Part shown: positions 55,992-64,000 of the stretch, piece by piece
How the letters are laid out: the number at the start of each line of letters is the position of its first letter
Numbering within the stretch: the first letter of the stretch is position 1
From: Spirochaetia bacterium
GTDB taxonomy: Bacteria > Spirochaetota > Spirochaetia > DSM-27196 > Salinispiraceae
Assembly (NCBI GenBank): GCA_038204425.1
Contig: JBBRCZ010000002.1
Location: 1 to 64,000 of the forward strand
Reading direction: 5' to 3'
DNA: 64,000 nucleotides
Translations under genes and position numbers: made by a program
The notes under the pieces: model-generated
Told to the model about the DNA's origin: nothing
The model's input: only the letters and a program-made list of their open reading frames with translations
The model's database searches: none

Positions 55992-58073
55992 ATGAAACAC
56001 ACAGGCATTTTGACGCGTTTGATATGGCTGCTTTTTTTGTTACCATTGGCACTGAGCTCGCTTGCCAGTCAAGATAGACAGCAACTCATCAAGCAGGCTC
56101 AGGCTTATGAGGCCAAGTCTGAGCATCAATTGGCGCTTGCGCTTTATTTTAAGATTAATGACTTACAGCCAAAGGATTCCTGGATAGCATGGCGAATAGG
56201 AAGCACGTTGTTTACCCATTTGGGTCGTATTGCTGACGGGGCAAAGTGGTTTATTGAAAGCATCAATCGTAGTCCAGAGAACATAGATCTCTATTTTCAT
56301 GTTTTTGCTGCGGCCGATGCTTTGGAAGATATGGACTTGGCCCAAGAAGTCTTGCAAAGGCTAAAGGCCAATGCTCTTCCTGCGGCCCAGCTCAATCCCG
56401 AGCGGCGCAAGGGTTTGCTGGAGTCGCTGGGGCGCTATATAGCAATCTTAAAGGATAGGGAGCGCTACCAAGAGGCCTATGCATTGATTCAATGGGGTTT
56501 GAGCTACGACAAGGGACTAGAAAGTTGGTGGTTTACCAATGCTAGTCTTTACGTCTACCAAGGCTTGGGGCATATCGCTTTTGGTCAGGGCAAGGCAAGT
56601 CAAGCGCGTGCTTTTTATCAAATGGGTTTGGATTTGTCTAAGTCCAAGTCGGGCTTGGGGCGAGAGCTTCCCAAGTTAGATTTGTCAGAAATGATTACCG
56701 CAACCCGGGACTGGGAGGCGCGAAAAAAGCCAAACAAAGTTTTTGTTCACAAAATTGTTTCGCTTTATCTTGCTAAGACAGAAGTGGATCAGGTTTACAA
56801 GGATGGTGTGCGCCGCTCAAGCTCTCGTTCCATTACACCACTTCAACGAATGCGTTCTGCCATCATTGAGCCAGTTCTCACGCGTCTGGTTGAGGCTTGG
56901 TCAGGTGGGCAGATGACGCTCAGCTGGAACAAGATGGACCTCGATGCAACGGTTACTGCCATTCATGAGGACACTTTTAACAGTGATCCAACCTGGACTC
57001 CCGACTTATCTCGTATTGTCACCAACGACGGTACAGATCTGGGTGAGCTGCTTTACGATCTGGTAAGCAGCTATGACACGGTTCTGTGGTACTGGGAGGG
57101 ACAGTCTGTTTCCAACATTGCTTCAGGCGGCATGCTCAATTTACCTCTGGTGCCTTGGCAGCTGGACTCGGTCGGTAGAGGCTATATCAACTTTCCAATT
57201 AGTTGGCCAATGGCAAATTTTCTGTCGGCGCTCATGCATGAGTTTTTTCATGTGGTTGAGGCCATGGCTACCATCAGTCCAACTCATGGTTTTCAAAAGC
57301 AAGTCAGAAGCTCTTTTTTGGCTTGGACCGGGGAAGGGCAGTTTGACTACTTTCGTTGGCACTTTAAAAACACTTTGGCTTCGCGCTTCCAAAGCCTCGG
57401 CTTTTTGGCCCAGAAGCCTTCTACTATAGATCTTGAGCGAGTAAAGAAACATAGAGATTTGGCAGCTTCAATTGAGACCGACAAACGTATTGAGGCAGAT
57501 GCAATTGCTCGCCAGGTTAGTGCAAAGTATTGGAATAGTAGCGGGGCAGAAAAACTGCGTCTGGGGGTCTTGGCACTTACCGCTCTGGAGCTCAATCCAC
57601 ATCATGCTCTCGCCTTGCGAGTGGCCTATGAATACTACCAAAGCCAAAAGTCCACCGACCTGGCACTTGCCACTTTACTAAAACTTATAGAGCTAGCTCC
57701 TGAGCCTTGGATCTACGAATCAGCGGTCTATATCGCTCAATGGCAGCTCAAAAAAGCTCTGCTGGCCGAAGGACTCATCAACGAGTTTTTGCAGCGCTAT
57801 CCTCAAGATCCTAAACGTGGCGCACTCTGGTTATCGCTTGGTCGGTTATTGGTGGGGCAAGAGCGTAGCGCTGAAGCGCTTAGTGCTTTTGTTAGCTCAA
57901 GTGAGCAGAGCCCCACAAACTCGGCCATCTTTGCCGAAGCAATTTTTTGGCAGGGCTACACCTATGGAGAAAAGCTCAACAACAAACGAGAGGGTCTGCG
58001 TTTGGTTATCCAAGGTATACGCTCCGGCTACGACAACGAGTTTTCTAGGCACTTTGAGAAGTCTTGGCGCTAG
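55992..58073 (+). CDS. Secreted TPR protein with a central HExxH motif
   Basis: Signal peptide; helical TPR-like repeats at both ends; SALMHEFFHVVE. Confidence 0.7.
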   Translation: MKHTGILTRLIWLLFLLPLALSSLASQDRQQLIKQAQAYEAKSEHQLALALYFKINDLQPKDSWIAWRIGSTLFTHLGRIADGAKWFIESINRSPENIDLYFHVFAAADALEDMDLAQEVLQRLKANALPAAQLNPERRKGLLESLGRYIAILKDRERYQEAYALIQWGLSYDKGLESWWFTNASLYVYQGLGHIAFGQGKASQARAFYQMGLDLSKSKSGLGRELPKLDLSEMITATRDWEARKKPNKVFVHKIVSLYLAKTEVDQVYKDGVRRSSSRSITPLQRMRSAIIEPVLTRLVEAWSGGQMTLSWNKMDLDATVTAIHEDTFNSDPTWTPDLSRIVTNDGTDLGELLYDLVSSYDTVLWYWEGQSVSNIASGGMLNLPLVPWQLDSVGRGYINFPISWPMANFLSALMHEFFHVVEAMATISPTHGFQKQVRSSFLAWTGEGQFDYFRWHFKNTLASRFQSLGFLAQKPSTIDLERVKKHRDLAASIETDKRIEADAIARQVSAKYWNSSGAEKLRLGVLALTALELNPHHALALRVAYEYYQSQKSTDLALATLLKLIELAPEPWIYESAVYIAQWQLKKALLAEGLINEFLQRYPQDPKRGALWLSLGRLLVGQERSAEALSAFVSSSEQSPTNSAIFAEAIFWQGYTYGEKLNNKREGLRLVIQGIRSGYDNEFSRHFEKSWR

Positions 58074-58089
58074 TGCTTTTGCACTAGGG

Positions 58090-59511
58090 TTAGATGTTAA
58101 GTAGCGCGGTGATCTCTGCCACTAGGTAGGGTCTGGTATGCACGGTATAGGGGCCGTAACCTAGGCTAGTAAACTCTCTATCTTCTACGCCACCGTTATA
58201 TTTGAGCGTCAAATTAAAGGGTATCAGCTTAGGCAAACTCAGACTTAAGTTGCCTCTGATTTGGAATGATAGGTCGCTAATGTTGAGCGTACCTGCCAAT
58301 GATGCCCCGAGTTCAGAAACAAAGAGTTTGGTGGTCGCCAGCTCCAACCACAGATAATGTGCGCCCCAGTATAGCGGACGAGGTGGCTCGTCAAGTGCCA
58401 GTTCCGAAATGGCGACGTCGGTCTTACCATCTGATTGATAAAAGTATTCGGCTCTAAGTGCCCATTCTTTATTGTCGCCAAAGGCGCGCTCGGTGCCGAG
58501 GCTCATTGCCCAGCGCCAGTCGTAGTCGTTGACGTTTAGGCGACTGCCAAACTCTCCCCAGACATCAAACCCAGCTATGTTTCCTGAGATGGTCGCGCCC
58601 AGCATCAATGGTGCAAGGTATCCTGCGTAGCCTTGCAGCCCAATATTAAAGCCACCTAATGTTGCGTCTACGCGTAGTGCATAGTTGACGGTTTCAAATA
58701 TATTATTGCTCGCAGCGGGGCTAGTTGCCGTAGCAGCGCTTACGGTTTGAGAAAAGTCTGCAAAGGCAAAGATGTTGGCTCCACTAAAGGGTAGGTGGAT
58801 CCGCAAACCCGGCTTACCGGCCCTGACATCCACCAAGGCTTGCGCATCGGCTGCTTGCTGGTTTACAAAGTCGGCCGGCGACCAAATGCGCGAGGCACCC
58901 CAGGACAAGAGTTGACTTCCCAAGCGGATAAAGACTTTTTTGTCTAGGTCAAACGAATAGTGCAGCTCCGATAGAGAAAATTGAGCTTGGCTAAGATTGG
59001 GTTGTTGCAGGTCGTACCAAGATCGCAACTCTGGCGAAGTGCCCCCGGCCAAGAGTAGCTGCCGATAGCTGTAGGCCACAAAAAAAGAACCCAAGTCTCC
59101 GGCGCTGGCCTTTAAGAAGGCTTTGCCAAACAAGCTTGTTGTGGCGCCAAGACTTGCTGCAACGGTTTCATCGGTAGTATCTATGCCCGGCAGGATCTGC
59201 ATCTGGGTGCTAGAGACGAGGCTTAGTCCACCAAACCACTCAAGTTTGTTGGCTTCGGCGGCGCTGCTGCCTGCTTCTACGGCTGCTTCAAAGGCACCTT
59301 CTGCAAATATGTCCTCATCTTCAGTAGGTACTGTTTCGGTTGGCAGCGCGGCTTCTTGGGCACTCAAGATGCTTGGAGTTAGGCCTATCAGCAGGGCAAG
59401 ACTGAGTGCCCAGGCGATGGGGGTAGGCACGGATCGCCGGCGCAAGGCGCCGGAAGCCGGGCCGAGGGGGAAGGCCTTCCCCCCTTTTAAAACTTTCTTT
59501 GTTAGGTTCAT
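58090..59511 (-). CDS. Putative outer-membrane beta-barrel protein
   Basis: Signal peptide, acidic linker, FIRLGSQLLSWGASRIWSPADF, LRAEYFY, terminal amphipathic strand. Confidence 0.7.
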   Translation of the reverse strand: MNLTKKVLKGGKAFPLGPASGALRRRSVPTPIAWALSLALLIGLTPSILSAQEAALPTETVPTEDEDIFAEGAFEAAVEAGSSAAEANKLEWFGGLSLVSSTQMQILPGIDTTDETVAASLGATTSLFGKAFLKASAGDLGSFFVAYSYRQLLLAGGTSPELRSWYDLQQPNLSQAQFSLSELHYSFDLDKKVFIRLGSQLLSWGASRIWSPADFVNQQAADAQALVDVRAGKPGLRIHLPFSGANIFAFADFSQTVSAATATSPAASNNIFETVNYALRVDATLGGFNIGLQGYAGYLAPLMLGATISGNIAGFDVWGEFGSRLNVNDYDWRWAMSLGTERAFGDNKEWALRAEYFYQSDGKTDVAISELALDEPPRPLYWGAHYLWLELATTKLFVSELGASLAGTLNISDLSFQIRGNLSLSLPKLIPFNLTLKYNGGVEDREFTSLGYGPYTVHTRPYLVAEITALLNI

Positions 59512-59525
59512 AATTGTCTCCCCAA

Positions 59526-60341
59526 TTAGCGGCTTTGCTCTTCTAAGAAGGCTTGCGAAAAAGTGTAGTCGGCAATTTTGGCGGTACTTATGTCATCGCT
59601 AGACAACAAGGTGCGTTGATTGTTTTCCAGGTTATTGACGGCCATCAGCTTGGTATTGATGTATTTTCCAGGCGCCAGCTGGCGGTAGTCGATGTAAAAG
59701 AAGGTGCGCAGCAAGGTTCCTGAGGCGCTAAAATTTTCTACTTTGACTGGTAGGTTGTCGCTGCTGCGCAGGTACCACTTTTGAATAGGAAACGATACGT
59801 CAGGTGTTTTGGCGTCGAGCTGAACTACTTGAGTGTCAAACTTGCTCACTTTTTCGGTTCCGGCCAGCTTCATAAAGTACTGGCTAGATAAATTGAGTCT
59901 GCCAAAGAGGTCAGTTCTGACATCGGTTGAGCCAACGTCGTCTTTGCGATTGCGATAGACAAATTCGCGCGTGCTAGGCAAGTAGAGGTAGAGGTCGTCG
60001 CCATTTCTGAAGTAACCTTTGCCTTTTTCGCTGTCGGGGAACTGGAACAAAATGGTAAACCGGGAGGCGGCGTCGCGGCGAAAAACTCTCAGCTTAAGCA
60101 CGCGGTCGGTCTCTCCTTGCTTCTTTTGGATCAGGGTAAAGACGCTGGTCAGGTCTAGACCTTCTACGTTGAGCTTATTCTCCACGTCTTGGATCAAGGC
60201 CAAGGCGCGCGGCTCGTTGGTTTTGGCTTGGGCAGATAGCGCAAGCGGGCTTACTAGCGCAGCTACTACAACAACTATTGCAACTGCTAGTGCGACAAAC
60301 ACTGGGCTCGTGCGTAACGGGACTGACGAATTTTTTTTCAT
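59526..60341 (-). CDS. LolA-like outer-membrane lipoprotein-sorting protein
   Basis: Signal peptide; FPDSEKGKGYF, LYLYLPS, GSTDVRTD, SGTLLRT, FSQAFLE. Confidence 0.85.
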   Translation of the reverse strand: MKKNSSVPLRTSPVFVALAVAIVVVVAALVSPLALSAQAKTNEPRALALIQDVENKLNVEGLDLTSVFTLIQKKQGETDRVLKLRVFRRDAASRFTILFQFPDSEKGKGYFRNGDDLYLYLPSTREFVYRNRKDDVGSTDVRTDLFGRLNLSSQYFMKLAGTEKVSKFDTQVVQLDAKTPDVSFPIQKWYLRSSDNLPVKVENFSASGTLLRTFFYIDYRQLAPGKYINTKLMAVNNLENNQRTLLSSDDISTAKIADYTFSQAFLEEQSR

Positions 60342-60363
60342 ACTATTTCCTTTCTTGGATAAA

Positions 60364-61698
60364 TTAAAACGTGCGTGACAGCGCTTCGGCTGGTCCTATG
60401 CTGCCACCTTTGCGGGCTGGAAACCACGAGAAGAAGGCGGTAAAGCCACATACCACGGCCACGATAAACAGCAGCGAGCCGAGGCTTGGGTCAAAGACCA
60501 AGTGTCCTTGGTTAAGCACCAGCGAAACTACACCTTTGGGCGGTAGCACAATAGCCCAACTAAAAATGGCTATCACCACCATGGCCACAGCGATGCCTAT
60601 CAGGGTAAAGACCAGACTCAAAAAGACATTTTCCATCACAAATAGTTTGATGACGTGACTTTTTTCGGTTCCCATGGCACGCAGCGTGCCTATTTCTTGG
60701 ATGCGATCGTTGATGCTCATACGCATATTGATAAAGATTGAGATGGCAATAATAAAGAGCAATATGGCGGCGATAAAGACACCGAGTAAGTTAACAGTAG
60801 CAAGTATCTGACTCAAAATTGCCAGTACTTCGTCCACGGTAGCAATTGTTAGTCTTTTTTCGTTTACGTCGGCTGAGACAAGTTTATATTGTGGTGAGGC
60901 TGCCGCTATCACCGATATGCCACCACCTGAGCTGTCGGGTTTGGTCACTTTAAAGTCTTTGGCAGTCAAGAGAGGCATTAACGTTTCGCGCTTGGCGTCA
61001 AAGTCCTTGCCGTCCTTAAAGTAAACAAAGACATTGCTTGCGCTACCTGCTTCGGCAAGGTCGAGTTTTTGCAAAAAGCCAAAGTGGGCTATGGTTATGC
61101 CTTGGACAAAGTAGTTGGCACTATCATAGACGCCTTTTACTTGAAAGTTGGCGGTATTAAAGGCTCCATAGCGACTGCGGGTTGAGACCAAAATCTCGTC
61201 ACCGCTTTTGACCTCAAAATACTCGGCAACGTCGCGCGGCATCAAAATGCTGTTTTCTTGGTCGACAAAGTCTTGCCATGAGCCATCGTAGATGTCCAGT
61301 TGGTCGCGGTAGGAAAGGTCAGATTGGCTGTCTATTCCGGTAAACGATACCCGCTTGGATAGTCCTTGGTAGTAAACGGCAGAACTTATATAGTAGCGCG
61401 TAATAATGCGGGCGTCTGGCCACTTGCTCAAAACTGCTTGGTTAATGCTTGGCGAGTCAGTGATGCCAGGCAGTGTCTTGCCCTTGACTACCGTGTCACC
61501 GGCTATCGACAGGTGGCCCGCGGCGCTCGTGATAATGTTTTCGCTGATGTTCTTTTTGACGCCAGCCGAAAAGCTAAAAAGTAGCGTCAAGATTAACGAA
61601 ATGAATAGGAAGTTGGCGCCCAAGGTAAAACTGCGGCGTTTTTGGCGAAAGATATTTTTAAAGGCTAGGTTGATATAAAATGGCATATGATTCCTCAC
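60364..61698 (-). CDS. FtsX/LolE-like ABC permease
   Basis: LAFKNIFRQKRRS, RIQEIGTLRAMG, PAEALS. Confidence 0.92.
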   Translation of the reverse strand: MRNHMPFYINLAFKNIFRQKRRSFTLGANFLFISLILTLLFSFSAGVKKNISENIITSAAGHLSIAGDTVVKGKTLPGITDSPSINQAVLSKWPDARIITRYYISSAVYYQGLSKRVSFTGIDSQSDLSYRDQLDIYDGSWQDFVDQENSILMPRDVAEYFEVKSGDEILVSTRSRYGAFNTANFQVKGVYDSANYFVQGITIAHFGFLQKLDLAEAGSASNVFVYFKDGKDFDAKRETLMPLLTAKDFKVTKPDSSGGGISVIAAASPQYKLVSADVNEKRLTIATVDEVLAILSQILATVNLLGVFIAAILLFIIAISIFINMRMSINDRIQEIGTLRAMGTEKSHVIKLFVMENVFLSLVFTLIGIAVAMVVIAIFSWAIVLPPKGVVSLVLNQGHLVFDPSLGSLLFIVAVVCGFTAFFSWFPARKGGSIGPAEALSRTF

Positions 61699-63089
61699 TT
61701 TGCCGACATGGCGGCCAGTGGCGACACTTTGGTGGCCACGCGAATAGGATAGAGGGTAGCCAAGAGCGATACCAAGAGTACCAGCGCTAAGCCGAGTACA
61801 AAGGGCATTATGCTCAGCTGCAAGCGTAGTTGACCGCCACCCACCAAATATTGACTCATGATCTCAGGCAGACTTATGCCGCCAGAAAAACTAATGATCA
61901 AAACCAAGCTAATGATCATACCTATACTGGCTGCGGCAACATTAAGTATGACGCTCTCCCACAAAAAGAGTGACCTGACAAAGCTTTTGTCGGCGCCAAT
62001 TGCACGATAGGTTCCCACTTCGCCGGTGCGCTCAAGCACGTTGATAATCTGAGTATTCATCAATATAAAAACTACTATCAAAAAGATAAGTAATGTTGCT
62101 CCCAGGATAACGCCCTGCAGGATGTCAGCTACTGAGGCAAAAAATCCTGATGCTTCGTCCCAGCGAGCCAGCTTTATCGGAAAGCCTGCTGCCGCGAGTG
62201 TTTGCGCAAAAGCCTCGGTACTCACCCCTTGAGCTAGGCGGACGGCTATCATCGTATAGCCGGTTAGTTCTGCTTTTTCTAGCAAGTCAGTGTTGAGACT
62301 GCCCAGCATGTCGTCGTCGGCCAAGGCAAATATGTCATCGTCACTGCTGGCCGCCAACGCTTGGTTAAAGTTTTCTGGCAGGGCCGTCACTCCGGTAAAA
62401 TTAAAGAGCTGTGCGTAGGTTCCAATATCCATAAAATTGATGTAGTTAAAGACGTTTTTATAGAATTGTGGGTCAAAGATGCCAACCACGTCAGAAGGCA
62501 AGGCATTGACCGAACCACCGCCGGTTAGACTAAGTAGTGTCACCTTGTCGCCCGCGGCTATGGTAACACCATACTTCTGCTTGTATTGTTGGTTTTGATA
62601 CTCGCTAATTAAGATACCTGGCTGCACCTGAGCGCTGCCTTCGCCAAACCAAGTGCCTGAGCTCATCTTAACCTTGCCGAGCATTGCGCGATAGGCTTCG
62701 GCTTGGACGGCATAGAAGATAAAGGGCAGCTCATAGCTTATGCCGTCTTTTTGCAAGGAGATCAAGCCATAGTTTTGAGCAATGGAGCTAAAACTAGCTA
62801 CTTGTGGCTGCTTGGCAAGCCAAGCCTCCACTTGGTCTGCTTTTTCTATCAAGGGCAATGGTGTCTGAAAAGCAAAGGGTGAGGGTAGCTCACGAGAACG
62901 CTGGGAGTAGAGTATAAAGTCGCCGGTAAAGTTTTCAATGATGGAGGCCTTACTAAAGACTTTGGCTGACTGGCTAAAGGTGGTTCCAAAGACGATGATA
63001 ACCGTACCGAGGACAACCAGTGAGCCAATCAAAATCATGCGCCCTTTTCGTCGGCGTAGCGAGCGAAGTGCGATCATAAAGGTTAGCAT
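61695..63089 (-). CDS. FtsX/LolE-like ABC permease
   Basis: IALRSLRRRKGR, ERTGEVGTYRAIG, SPLAAM. Confidence 0.92.
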   Translation of the reverse strand: MLTFMIALRSLRRRKGRMILIGSLVVLGTVIIVFGTTFSQSAKVFSKASIIENFTGDFILYSQRSRELPSPFAFQTPLPLIEKADQVEAWLAKQPQVASFSSIAQNYGLISLQKDGISYELPFIFYAVQAEAYRAMLGKVKMSSGTWFGEGSAQVQPGILISEYQNQQYKQKYGVTIAAGDKVTLLSLTGGGSVNALPSDVVGIFDPQFYKNVFNYINFMDIGTYAQLFNFTGVTALPENFNQALAASSDDDIFALADDDMLGSLNTDLLEKAELTGYTMIAVRLAQGVSTEAFAQTLAAAGFPIKLARWDEASGFFASVADILQGVILGATLLIFLIVVFILMNTQIINVLERTGEVGTYRAIGADKSFVRSLFLWESVILNVAAASIGMIISLVLIISFSGGISLPEIMSQYLVGGGQLRLQLSIMPFVLGLALVLLVSLLATLYPIRVATKVSPLAAMSAK

Positions 63090-63090
63090 C

Positions 63091-63819
63091 CTAAACCTCC
63101 CTGCTGCCGGCGACTTGTCTGCCTTCTTGTTTTACTTCGTCACCAATGATCAAGCCGTCCCTAATCTTAATTACACGGCGGGCTTGATCCATTATGTGGG
63201 CATCGTGGGTACTAAAGATAAAAGTGGTGCCGTCGTTCTTGTTGATAGACTTCATTAACTCAATAATCTTAATTCCAGTGTCTGAGTCCAAGTTGGCTGT
63301 CGGTTCGTCCGCTAGCACTACCAAAGGGCCAGTTACCAAGGCGCGCGCTATGGCTACACGCTGGCGTTGCCCACCAGAAAGTTCACCTGGTTTGTTTTTT
63401 AGGCGATCTGCCAATCCTACTTCTTCGACAAAACGCATAACTTTTTGGTGGCGTTCTTCCTGAGTAAAGCGTTTTTCTAGCAGCAGCGGCAATTCTATGT
63501 TTTCATAGACATTGAGCACCGGGATTAGATTAAAGCTTTGAAAAATAAAACTGACGGTATGGCGACGGTAGCGCGTCAATTCTTTGTCATTAAGGCCACC
63601 CACGTTGGTTCCCTTTATTATGACATCGCCAGAGCTGGGGTGGTCTATGCAACCTATCATATTGAGAATAGTGCTTTTGCCCGACCCAGATGGTCCAGCT
63701 ATGGCTGAAAACTCTCCCTCTGTTATGGTAAAACTCACGCCTTTAAGAGCTTCTACCTTGGTGCTACCTAAGAGATATTCCTTCTTTAGGTCTTTGCACT
63801 CGATAATCGCCTGACTCAT
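63091..63819 (-). CDS. LolD/MacB-like ABC ATPase
   Basis: GPSGSGKST, FQSFNL, LSGGQRQRVAIARAL, ADEPTANLD, STHD. Confidence 0.96.
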   Translation of the reverse strand: MSQAIIECKDLKKEYLLGSTKVEALKGVSFTITEGEFSAIAGPSGSGKSTILNMIGCIDHPSSGDVIIKGTNVGGLNDKELTRYRRHTVSFIFQSFNLIPVLNVYENIELPLLLEKRFTQEERHQKVMRFVEEVGLADRLKNKPGELSGGQRQRVAIARALVTGPLVVLADEPTANLDSDTGIKIIELMKSINKNDGTTFIFSTHDAHIMDQARRVIKIRDGLIIGDEVKQEGRQVAGSREV

Positions 63820-64000
63820 ATGGTCTCCTTTTTTGCTTCTGCTTGAGTTCTTCCTTGTAAGATACCCAAGAGAAAAATATCTAATATTTTTTCTAATGCC
63901 TCGGTTTTGGACTCGTTGACAAAAAACTGCATCGGTACTGAGTGTAGGCCTTCAACCATGGTCACAAAACTGATGGCTGCGGTGGCAAAGTCGATAAAGC

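Noticed and set aside
63958..64000. Start of a + strand CDS at the window edge
   Set aside because: Only about 14 codons are visible, so it cannot be supported.

Overview
A 64 kb bacterial chromosomal segment, probably from an anaerobic spirochaete (inferred from lipoprotein signals, the MCP and the CHASE2/FecR and LolA-like modules; no marker gene proves it). Core metabolism includes argG, PFOR (nifJ), pta, hemW, kdgK-eda with an IclR regulator, msrA and [FeFe]-hydrogenase maturation genes (hydG-hydE-TM1266-aspA-like, with hydF about 5 kb away). It also carries signalling and transport genes: a CHASE2 adenylate cyclase opposite a FecR/beta-barrel operon, an MCP, an EAL phosphodiesterase, two MFS and two ABC systems. 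No rRNA, tRNA or CRISPR array was seen. The most notable observations are: (1) three dispersed lipoprotein genes (a decayed astacin-like protease, a beta-helix enzyme and a subtilisin) that share one ~128-aa ricin-like C-terminal module after Thr-rich linkers; (2) a HydG whose auxiliary-cluster cysteines are spaced CX19CX5C instead of CX2CX22C or CX5CX19C; (3) a hydG leader with mutually exclusive SD-sequestering and anti-sequestering pairings; (4) an island at about 49.4-55.3 kb where internally deleted IS3-family relics, absent from the ORF track, flank the subtilisin gene like a composite transposon. All calls come from manual motif recognition; no database searches were run.
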